Source: Eledone cirrhosa
Taxonomy: Eukaryota
Direction: 5' to 3'
Length of the DNA: 64,000 nucleotides
NCBI GenBank assembly: GCA_964016885.1
Contig: OZ024741.1
Coordinates: 237,832,001 to 237,896,000, forward strand
Numbering within the stretch: position 1 is the stretch's first letter; the number at the start of each line of letters is the position of its first letter. The translations under genes and the position numbers were made by a program. A model generated the notes under the pieces. It was not told the origin of the DNA and did no database searches. It saw nothing but the letters and a program-made list of their open reading frames with translations. Shown piece after piece: positions 54,571-64,000 of this stretch.

Positions 54571-56295
54571 TTGGTCTGGATGGTTGTGATGGTGTTATAG
54601 TTGGTCTGGATGGTTGTGATGGTGTAGTCTTTGGTAAGGATGGTTGTGATGGTGTTATAGTTGGTATGGATGGTTGTGATGGTGTTGTCGTTGGTCTGGA
54701 TTGTTGTGATGGTGTTGTCTTTGGTCTGGATGGTTGTGATGGTGTTATAGAAGGTATGGATGGTTGTGATGGTGTTGTGGTTGGTCTGGATGGTTGTGAT
54801 GGTGTTATAGTTGGTCTGGATGGTTGTGATGGTGTTGTCGTTGGTCCGGATGGTTGTGATGATGTTGTCGTTGGTCTGGATGGTTGTGATGATGTTGTCG
54901 TTGGTATGGATGGTTGTGATGGTGTTATAGTTGGGATGGATTGTTGTGATGGTGTTGTGGTTGGTCTGGATGGTTGTGATGGTGTTGTGGTTGGTCTGGA
55001 TGGTTGTGATGGTGTTATAGAAGGTATGGATGGTTGTGATGGTGTTGTGGTTGGTCTGGATGGTTGTGATGGTGTTGTGGTTGGTCTGGATGGTAGTGAT
55101 GGTGTTGTGGTTGGTCTGAATGGTTGTGATTGTGTTGTGGTTGGTCTGGATGGTTGTGATGGTGTTATAGTTGGTATGGATGGTTGTGATAGTGTTATAG
55201 TTGGTATGGATGGTTGTGATGATGTTGTCGTGGGTAAGGATGGTTGTGATGGTGTTATAGTTGGTATGGATGGTTGTGATGGTGTTGTCGTTGTTATGGA
55301 TGGTTGTGATGGTGTTGTCGTTGGTATGGATGGTTGTGATGGTGTTGTGGTTCGTCTGGATGGTTGTGATGGTGTTATAGTTGGTATGGATGGTTGTGAT
55401 GATGTTGTCGTTGGTCTGGATGGTTGTGATGGTGTTGTCGTTGATATGGATGGTTGTGATGGTGTTATAGTTGGTATCGATGGTTGTGATGGTGTTGTGG
55501 TTGGTCTAGATGGTTGTGATGGTCTTATAGTTGCTATGGATGGTTGTGATGGTGTTGTGGTTGGTCTGGATGGTTGTGATGGTGTTGTCGTTGATATGGA
55601 TGGTTCTGATGGTGTTATAGTTGGTATGGATGGTTGTGATGGTGTTGTGGTTTGTCTGGATGGTTGTGATGGTGTTATAGTTGGTATGTATGGTTGTGAT
55701 GGTGTTATAGTTGGTATGGATGGTTGTGATGGTGTTGTCGTTGATATGGATGGTTGTGATGGTGTTATAGTTGGTATGGATGGTTGTGATGGTGTTGTGG
55801 TTGGTCTGGATGGTTGTGATGGTGTTATAGTTGGTATGGATGGTTGTGATGGTGTTGTGGTTGGTCTGGATGGTTGTGATGGTGTTGTCGTTGATATGGA
55901 TGGTTGTGATGGTGTTATAGTTGGTATGGATGGTTGTGATGATGTTGTCGTTGGTATGGATGGTAGTGATGGTGTTATACTTGGTATGGATGGTAGTGAT
56001 GATGTTGTCGTTGGTATGGATGGTTGTGATGGTGTTATAGTTGGTCTGGATGGTTGTGATGGTGTTGTCGTTGGTATGGATGGTTGTGATGGTGTTATAG
56101 TTGGTCTGGATGGTTGTGATGGTGTTATAGTTGGTATGGATGGTTGTGATGGTGTTATAGTTGGTCTGGATGGTTGTGATGGTGTTATAGTTGGTATGAA
56201 TGTTTATGATGGTGTTATAGTTGGTATGGATGGTTGTGATGGTGTTGTCGTTGGTCTGGATGGTTTTGATGGTGTTATAGTTGGTATGGATGGTT
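54571..56295. repeat. Sub-array 5: 30-bp unit TTGGT(C/A)TGGATGGTTGTGATGGTGTT(GTGG/ATAG/GTCG), about 57 copies
   Basis: Direct reading; it joins sub-array 4 in phase. Confidence 0.95.
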
Positions 56296-58760
56296 TGATG
56301 GTGTTATAGATGGTATGGATGATTGTGATGGTGGTGTCGTTGGTATGGATGTTCGTGATGGTGTTGTCGTTGGTCTGGATGGTTGTGATGGTGTTGTGGT
56401 TGGTGTAGATGGTAGTGATGGTGTTGTGGTTGGTCTGGTGTTATAGTTGGTATGGATGGTAGTGATGGTGTTCTGGTTGGTATGGATGGTTGTGATGATG
56501 TTGTGGTAGGTATGGATTGTAGTGATGGTGCTGTGGCTGGTATGGATGGTAGTGATGGTGTTGTTGGTGGTATGTATGTTATTGATGGTATTGTTGGTTG
56601 TATGGATGTTATTGATGGTATTGTTGGTAGTATGAATGATAGTGATGGTATTGTTGGTGGTAGGGATGTTGGTGATGGTATTGTTGGTGGTATGGTAGTG
56701 ATTGTATTGTTGGTGGTATGGATGTTGGTGATGGTATTGTTAGTGGTATGGTAGTGATGGTATTGTTGGTTGTATGGATGTTAGTGATGGTATTGTTACT
56801 GGTATAGATGTTGGTGATGGTATTGTTGGTGGTATGGATGTTAGTGATGGTAGTATTGGTGGTATGGTTGTGATGGTATTGTTGGTGGTATGGTAGTGAT
56901 GGTATTGTTGGTTGTATGGATGTTGCTGATGGTATTGTTAGTGGTATAGATGTTGGTGATGGTATTGTTGGTGGTATGGATGTTAGTGATGGTAGTATTG
57001 GTGGTATGGCTGTGATGGTATTGTTGGTGGTATGGATGTTAGTGATGGTATTGTTAGTGGTATGGATGTTAGTGATGGTATTGTTAGTGGTATGGATGTT
57101 TGTGATGGTATTGTTAGTGGTATGGATGTTAGTGATGGTATTGCTGGTGGTATGGATGTTGCTGATGGTGTTGTTGGTGGTATGGATGTTAGTGATGGTA
57201 GTATTGGTGGTATTGTAGTGATGGTATTGTTGGTGGTATGGATATTGGTGATGTTATTGTTGGTGGTATGGATGTTAGTGATGGTATTGTTGGTGGTATG
57301 GATGTTGGTGATGGTGTTGTTGGTGGTATGGATGTTAGTGATGGTAGTATTGGTGGTATGGATGTTGGTGATGGTATTGTTGGTGGTATGGTAGTGATCG
57401 TATTGTTGGTGGTATGGATGTTAGTGATGGTATTATTGCTGGTATGGTAGTGATGGTATTGTTGGTGGTATGGATGTTAGTGATGGTATTGTTGGTGGTA
57501 TGGATGTTGCTGATGGTGTTTAGGGTGGTATGGATGTTAGTGATGGTATTATTGGTGGTATAGAAGTTGGTGATGGTATTGTTGGTGGTATGGTTGTTGG
57601 TGATGGTATTGTTGGTGGTATGGTTGTTGGTGATGGTATTGTTGGTGGTATGGATGTTAGTGATGGTATTGTTGGTGGTATGGTAGTGATGGTATTGTTG
57701 GTGGTATGGATGTTGGTGATGGTATTGTTGGTGGTATGGTAGTGATCGTATTGTTGGTGGTATGGATGTTAGTGATGGTATTATTGGTGGTATGGATGTT
57801 GGTGATGGTATTGTTGGTGGTATGGTAGTGATGGTATTGTTGGTGGTATGGATGTTGATGATGGTATTGTTGGTGGTATGGATGTTAGTGATGGTATTAT
57901 TGGTGGTATGGATGTTGGTGATGGTATTGTTGGTGGTATGGTAGTGATGGTATTGTTGGTGGTATGGATGTTGGTGATGGTATTGTTGGTGGTATGGATG
58001 TTGATGATGGTATTGTTGGTGGTATAGATGTTGGTGATGGTATTATTGGTGGTATGGTAGTGATGGTATTGTTGGTGGTATGGATGTTGGTGATGGTATT
58101 ATTGGTGGTATGGTAGTGGTGGTATTGTTGGTGGTATGGATGTTAGTAATATGGATGTTGGTGATGCTATTATTGGTGGTATGGTAGTGATGGTATTGTT
58201 CGTGGTATGGTAGTGTTGGTATTGTCGGTGGTATGGTAGAGATGGTATTGTTGGTGGTATGGTAGTGATGGTATTGTTGGTTGTATAAATGTTAGTGATG
58301 GTATTGTTGGTGGTATGGTAGTGTTGGTATTGTTGGTGGTATGGATGCTATGATGGTATTGTTGGTGCTATGGATGTTATAATGGTATTGTTGGTGGTAT
58401 GATAGTGATGGCATTGTTGGTTGTATAAATGTTAGTGATGGTATTGTTGGTGGTATGGATGCTATGATGGTATTGTTGGTGCTATGGATGTTATAATGGT
58501 ATTGTTGGTGGTATGGTAGTGTTGGTATTGTTGGTGGTATGGATGTTATGATGGTATTGTTGGTGCTATGGATGTTATAATGGTATTGTTGGTGGTATGA
58601 TAGTGATGGCATTGTTGGTTGTATAAATGTTAGTGATGGTATTGTTGGTGGTATTTTAGTGATGGTATTGTTGGTGGTATGGTAGAGATGGTATTGTTGG
58701 TGGTATGGTAGTGATGGCATTGTTGGTGGTATGGATGTTAGTGATGGTATTGTTGGTGGT
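56296..58760. repeat. Sub-array 6: diverged mix of 30-bp (GGTATTGTTGGTGGTATGGATGTTAGTGAT) and 26-bp (GGTATTGTTGGTGGTATGGTAGTGAT) units
   Basis: Direct reading; frequent phase shifts. Confidence 0.9.
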
Positions 58761-59260
58761 ATGATACTGATGGTGCTGTGGTTGGTGTGAATGGTAGTGA
58801 TGGTAGTGCTGGTATAGATAGTTGTTTTGTGGTTCTTTCTCATATGGACGGTTTTAGTTTGGTTGATTGTATGGATATGTTAAACACAGTGTTGTCTGTC
58901 TGTTTCCATGGTAAAGCGACTGCGCTTGGTATAGATGGTGATTTTGTTGTTGTTAGTGTGGATGGTTTTACATCGGTTGTTAGTAGTGATGATGGTGTTA
59001 TGGATGGTAGAGATGGTGTTGTTGGTATGGATGGTAGTGATGTTTTTCTTTAGCATGAATGGCTGTGAAATTGTTGTTATGGGAATGATGTTGTTGTTAT
59101 AAATTAGAAATCATTAATGTTACTGTTTTATTGTTATTGTTTGTTTATCAAATAAGCAGAGTAACCTGAATCATATCAGACAGCCAAAGTAGGCAAAATT
59201 GTGCCTGAAAATTGTGAAGGCTCTCTTACAGTGGGTGAGAATAGTGAGGGTGATATTTAA

Positions 59261-59477
59261 CCCTTTAGTATTTAAACTGGCTGTATCTGGCCAGAATTCT
59301 CTCACCTTTATCTTTTCAAACCGACCATAACTGGCCTCTCATACCGACTTTAAGATATTGATTTCAAAATAAATAATATCAAAGTCTCATAGATTGGAAA
59401 TTGAGATAATTAGGTGAGGTAAAGTATTTACCAGGAAAATACAATAGTATATATAGAGTAATGTAAATGCTAAAGGG
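59261..59477. mobile_element. piggyBac-type MITE
   Basis: TTAA|CCCTTTAGTATTTA ... TAAATGCTAAAGGG|TTAA: 13/14 terminal inverted repeat starting CCC, with TTAA target duplications at 59257-59260 and 59478-59481. Confidence 0.85.
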
Positions 59478-59799
59478 TTAACTGGGACATTGTATGCTGG
59501 TGATTTTAGAAAAAAATATATGGTCAGAGTTAAAATTCCAGAATCTTATATGTCTAGGGTAGATGGATTTGGCTAAGTGCTTAATCTGGTATTCAGTTAG
59601 TTGTGGCACTGTGAAGGGTGACATGTGGGACAATTAGACTTGTGTGTAGTGGGTGTATCATGGGGTAGGACAGCAGAGCACCAGCTAGTATAGCTGTAGT
59701 AAAAGTAGCAACAAGTGAAATAGGTAGATTTATATATATATATAGAGAGAGAGAGATATTAGACAGTATGTTTGTGAATGAATGATTATTTTAAGCTAT

Positions 59800-59960
59800 A
59801 TTAGCACTGAATTGGCAGAACTGTTATGGTGAGAGGTTAAAAATACCATGGTATTTGTTCTGGCTCATTGTGCTCTGAGTTTAAATCCCACCAAGATCAA
59901 CTTTGCTTCTCATTCTTTCAAGGTTGATAACTAAAGTATCAGTCCAGTACTGGTATTGGT
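59800..59960 (+). mobile_element. Diverged SINE copy
   Basis: TGAATTGGCAGAA...CTGAGTTTAAATCCCACCAAGATCAACTTTGC...GGTTGATAA..AAGTA; the reverse-complement orientation of the 6930-7290 family. Confidence 0.7.
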
Positions 59961-59984
59961 TCTTATTTCATCTCTCTCTGTCCA

Positions 59985-60299
59985 CACCACCCTTAAACTG
60001 TAAAGTTGTGTAAGTATCACAACAGAATGCATCCAGCCCACACTCTAAGGTGGTCGTGTAGATGTCACAAAAAGCACCCAGCCAACACAGTAAAGTTGTC
60101 GTGTAGGAATAATGACAAAAAGCATCTAGCTGACACTGTAAATGTGGTTGGCATTAGGAAGGGCATCCAGCCATAGAAATCTAGACAGAAACAGTTCTAT
60201 ATGAGCAAGACATGGTCATCTGACCCAACTTGCCTCTAATAGGACAACCCATCTAACCCATGCTAGCATGGAAAATGGCTGTTAAATGATGATGATGAT
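59985..60299 (+). mobile_element. RTE 3'UTR-type element with a (GAT)n tail
   Basis: GTGGTTGGCATTAGGAAGGGCATCCAGCCATAGAAA...CCCATGCTAGCATGGAAAATGGCTGTTAAATGATGATGATGAT. Confidence 0.8.
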
Positions 60300-60312
60300 T
60301 ATATATATCAAT

Positions 60313-60900
60313 ATCATCATCATCATCAACGTTTAACGTCCGTGTTCCACGCTTGCATGGGTTTGGACGGGGGTATTCCCACTTGAGGCAAGAGTGATTG
60401 TCTTGCTCGCATAGGACTGTCTGGCAGGTTTTCTACAGTTGGATGCCCTTCCTAACACCAACCACATTTACAGTGTGGGTCTGGGAGGTTTTTACCGTGT
60501 TGCCTACACGGCCACATTACAGCGTGGACTGTGTGTTTTTTTGTTGTGACACCTACACAATCTCATTTGTTTCGGCCTGGATGGTGTGGCACCAACATAA
60601 CTTTACATAGAAGGGGGTGGTGTGGATGGGGTGGGGGTGGTGGGACGGGGTGTATTTTGTTAGAGATGCCTACTGGCTGTAGTAGGTTTTACTATGTATT
60701 TAGGTAAGGCGGGTCTTCTCTGTTACTGAGTACCGCCAAAGGTCTCGGTCCAGTGACATTGTCTTGGAGAGGTGTAAGTGTGTGAGGTCGGAGTTTATCT
60801 GCTCGTCCCAGGTTTTTCTAGGTCTGCCTATACCGTGGCTACCGTCTATCTTTATTGCCCTGCACTTTGTTATACAGCTATCGACTTTCATGCGCATCAC
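60313..60900 (-). mobile_element. 5'-truncated RTE LINE: ORF C-terminus, 3'UTR and (GAT)n tail
   Basis: 60700-60900 gives MRMKVDSCITKCRAIKIDGSHGIGRPRKTWDEQINSDLTHLHLSKTMSLDRDLWRYSV (GRPRKTW and DR..WR motifs). The minus-strand UTR contains GTGGTTGGTGTTAGGAAGGGCATCCA and ends GGACGTTAAACGTTGATGATGATG. Confidence 0.9.
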
Positions 60901-61667
60901 GTATATATGTGATATTTTTGTTCCAGGCCTATGGATTTACTGCATAGAATTTATCCTAATAATTTCGTGGTCAGTGGTTTCAATGTTAATAACTTTAATA
61001 ACTATTTAGTTGTTACTATTGAAAGGAGCAATGGGTCTGTCATGACAAACGTTTACAATAAGACTAAAGTTTTGAGGTAGCTTAGATGTCCTTTGTCTCC
61101 GACTGTATTAACAAAATAATGGGTTATATTGTTTTCAAACCAAGTATTAAGGTACAGTAGAATTAGTAGCTGAGTTAAGGTTCTTGTGAAGGAGATTAAA
61201 AGATTGTTAATACCTATGTTTAGACAAGGTTATGATAAAATAAAATGTTGATATTGCATTTTTGTCATAGCATGGGCATGAGGAGAGAGACTTAAACAAA
61301 TTTTTAGATTATTTTGAGCTAGCAGTTGAGTATTGGATGGCTCGGCATCAGGGTTGATAAAATGTTTTTAAAATAATTGATATTATTTGATTTATTGGTT
61401 GTAATTTAGTCAATTGTGAGTGTTTGTTATATTTCGTTGATTCATTTGTGTCATTATAAATGAGGAGAGGTTTTATGTTTTGCTGAGTTCAGCTAAGAGC
61501 ATATATCACTAATGCTATTTGTGTTGTGGCAAAGATTATTGCTTGCTCAGCATAGCATGGGGAGGGTGAGTGGACATTTGGTTGGAATGCTAGATAGTGG
61601 GGTAAGGATGCTGTCAGGGATGGAAACTGACTTTGGCCACTTTCACGTGAAGGCACATGTGACCATT

Positions 61668-61765
61668 ATGTGGATTGGCAGTATCGGTAGAGGGTCGGAC
61701 GCCATGCTTTCCAGCATAGTTACGTCCCTTTACAGTCTGAGTTCAAATCCCGCTGAGGTTGACTG
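61668..61765 (+). mobile_element. SINE 5' portion
   Basis: GGATTGGCAGTATCGGTAGAGGGTCGGACGCCATGC...CTGAGTTCAAATCCCGCTGAGGTTGAC; about 50 nt are the exact reverse complement of ~7043-7093. Confidence 0.85.
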
Positions 61766-62336
61766 ATCAAGAAGAGCTATAACCAAAGGAATTCCAATTA
61801 TGACCATTGCAATCTTTTTTGGGGTTATCTAGAACTACATTATCTCATTTTTAAGGTGGAGTATGATTGGAGGGAGATTTAGCTGCTATCTCTAGCAAGT
61901 CGTTGGATTTGATGTTATTTGATGTTGTTGCTGAGACATAATATACCCAAGACAAACTAACATCATTACAGACACACCACCACTAACATCATTACAGACA
62001 CACCACCACCAACAACAACATCACTAAAGCCACTACTATCCTCACCAACACCAATAAACGCATGCAACTACTAAATACACACACACACCTCCACCACCTT
62101 CATCTCCAACACCCCAACCCACATCATCTCCATTACCACCACCTCCACCACCACCATGAAATACAAACTATCAAACCTTCCCTAAAAACAACAACAATAA
62201 CACAGGCACGGATATCATCAGTCATTTCTGATCTATCACTTTCTGATTGTCTCCAAACATACCTGTAATACACCACTGCAAACGCCACCTGTACCATCTC
62301 AGTGGTTTTAACATTGACTACTGGTAGTGACCACAG

Positions 62337-63370
62337 CTGTGTGTGTGTGGGTGTGTGTGTGTTTGTGTTTGTGTGTGTGGGTGTATTTGTGTGTGAGTGT
62401 GTGCATTTGTGTGTCTGTGCATTTGTGTGTGTGTGTGTGTTTGTGTGTGTGTGTTTGTGTTTGTGTGGGTGTGCATTTGTGTGTATTTGTGTGTGTGGGT
62501 GTATTTGTGTGTGAGTGTGTGCATTTGTGTGTCTGTGCATTTATGTGTGTGTGTGTGTGTTTGTGTGTTTGTGTGGGTGTGCATTTGTGTGTATTTGTGT
62601 GTGTGGGTGTATTTGTGTGTGAGTGTGTGCATTTGTGTGTCTGTGCATTTGTGTGTGTGTGTGGGTGTGTGTGTGTGTGTGTTTGTGTTTGTGTGGGTGT
62701 GCATTTGTGTGTATTTGTGTGTGTGGGTGTATTTGTGTGTGAGTGTGTGCATTTGTGTGTCTGTGCATTTGTGTGTGTGTGTGTGTTTGTGTGTGTGTGT
62801 TTCTGTGTGTGTGGGTGTGCATTTGTGTGTATTTGTGTGTGTGGGTGTATTTGTGTGTGAGTGTGTGCATTTGTGTGTCTGTGCATTTATGTGTGTGTGT
62901 GTGTTTGTGTGTTTGTGTTTGTGTGGGTGTGCATTTGTGTGTATTTGTGTGTGTGGGTGTATTTGTGTGTGAGTGTGTGCATTTGTGTGTCTGTGCATTT
63001 GTGTGTGTGTGTGTGTTTGTGTGTGTGTGTTTGTGTTTGTGTGGGTGTGCATTTGTGTGTATTTGTGTGTGTGGGTGTATTTGTGTGTGAGTGTGTGCAT
63101 TTGTGTGTCTGTGCATTTGTGTGTGTGTGTGTGTTTGTGTGTGTGTGTTTGTGTGTGTGTGGGTGTGCATTTGTGTGTATTTGTGTGTGTGGGTGTATTT
63201 GTGTGTGAGTGTGTGCATTTGTGTGTCTGTGCATTTGTGTGTGTGTGTGTGTTTGTGTGTGTGTGTTTGTGTTTGTGTGGGTGTGCATTTGTGTGTATTT
63301 GTGTGTGTGGGTGTATTTGTGTGTGAGTGTGTGCATTTGTGTGTCTGTGCATTTGTGTGTGTGTTTGAGT
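62337..63370. repeat. (GT)n-derived satellite with a ~118-bp higher-order unit, about 8-9 copies
   Basis: GAGTGTGTGCATTTGTGTGTCTGTGCATTT recurs at 112-122 bp spacing (ORF starts 62743, 62861, 62973, 63091, 63209). Confidence 0.92.
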
Positions 63371-63680
63371 ACGTGTGTTATCTGGTTGTGCAGTACCAAT
63401 AGAAATTGCTGACATGCCCACACACACACACGCACACATGAATATATACTCATACATGTAACTATCCCAATTCTCTTCATATACACACACGCTCACACAC
63501 ACACACACACACACATATATATACACATATGTATTTGATACATACATATACATATATACTTTTAAATAATTGTTCATATTTATATGTGTATATTATGGGG
63601 TATATTTATTTACATGTATTTTCATAGCATGTGTTCATTATACTAATACATGCACACACATATACAAATATATATGTGTG

Positions 63681-63713
<33 letters not shown>

Positions 63714-63715
63714 CC

Positions 63716-64000
63716 TGGAGGTATACACATGGCTTAGTGGTTAGAGCATTGGCCTTGCAATCGAAAGGTTGTGAGTTCAATTCTCAGACCGGGTGATGTG
63801 TTGTTTCCTTGAGCAAGACACTTTATTTCACATTGCTCCAGTTTACTCAGCTGCAGAAATGAGATTGATAGGGACTGGGGTCCATATCATTCCACTGCAA
63901 AGTGGTCATGGAGGTGCCACGGCAAAAAAGCACCCAGCACTCACTGTAAATGAGGTTGGTGTTAGGGAGGGCATCCAGCTGTAGAAATCAAGCCAGCATC
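63716..64000 (+). mobile_element. tRNA-derived CORE-like SINE continuing into an RTE-type 3' segment, truncated by the window edge
   Basis: A-box TGGCTTAGTGG, B-box GAGTTCAATTC, CCTTGAGCAAGACACTTTATTTCAC, then AAAAAGCACCCAGCACTCACTGTAAATGAGGTTGGTGTTAGGGAGGGCATCCAGCTGTAGAAA. Confidence 0.85.

Larger units (their letters stand above)
19446..59100. repeat. Giant (~39.6 kb) G/T-rich, C-depleted, triplet-phased tandem-repeat complex
   Basis: Built almost entirely from GGT/GAT/GTT/ATT/ATG/AGT triplets, with degenerate edges at 19446-19760 and 58760-59100. No transposon insertions were seen inside. Confidence 0.97.

Noticed and set aside
19761-58760. CRISPR array
   Set aside because: Units are head-to-tail with no unique spacers, there are no cas genes, and the context is eukaryotic.
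20721-58760. Telomeric repeat tract
   Set aside because: There is no TTAGGG-type unit, and ordinary transposon-rich DNA lies on both sides. G/T richness alone is insufficient.
60900-61660. Possible degenerate L2/CR1 endonuclease remnant on the minus strand
   Set aside because: Only vague motif resemblance (e.g. IHRPG) amid many stops. It cannot be supported without a profile search.
63726-63795. tRNA gene (also 1-55 and 15200-15270)
   Set aside because: A and B boxes are present, but the acceptor and anticodon stems do not pair properly and the sequence runs into a SINE core.

Overview
Repeat-dominated eukaryotic DNA with no recognisable host protein-coding gene, rRNA, true tRNA or CRISPR array. 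The interspersed repeats (tRNA/CORE-type SINEs, RTE-clade LINE remnants with (GAT)n tails, non-autonomous Helitrons, abundant (TA)n/(CATA)n) resemble those of octopus/cephalopod genomes; this assignment is an inference. About 62% of the window (~19,450-59,100) is one strand-asymmetric, almost C-free, triplet-phased G/T-rich tandem-repeat complex. Its sub-arrays run in order: 74-bp, ~31 kb of 27-bp, 25-bp, two different 30-bp, then mixed 30/26-bp units, with internal higher-order duplications and a left-to-right divergence gradient. Nearly all long ORFs in the supplied track are by-products of these repeats. The flanks hold a decayed RTE LINE, a Helitron inserted in opposite orientation into a copy of its own family, a full-span decayed hAT transposon with an 8-bp target-site duplication (TSD), a candidate solo LTR, a piggyBac-type MITE and several SINE/RTE-tail copies. 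I found no firm evidence for a new functional system; the giant array is the best candidate for follow-up.
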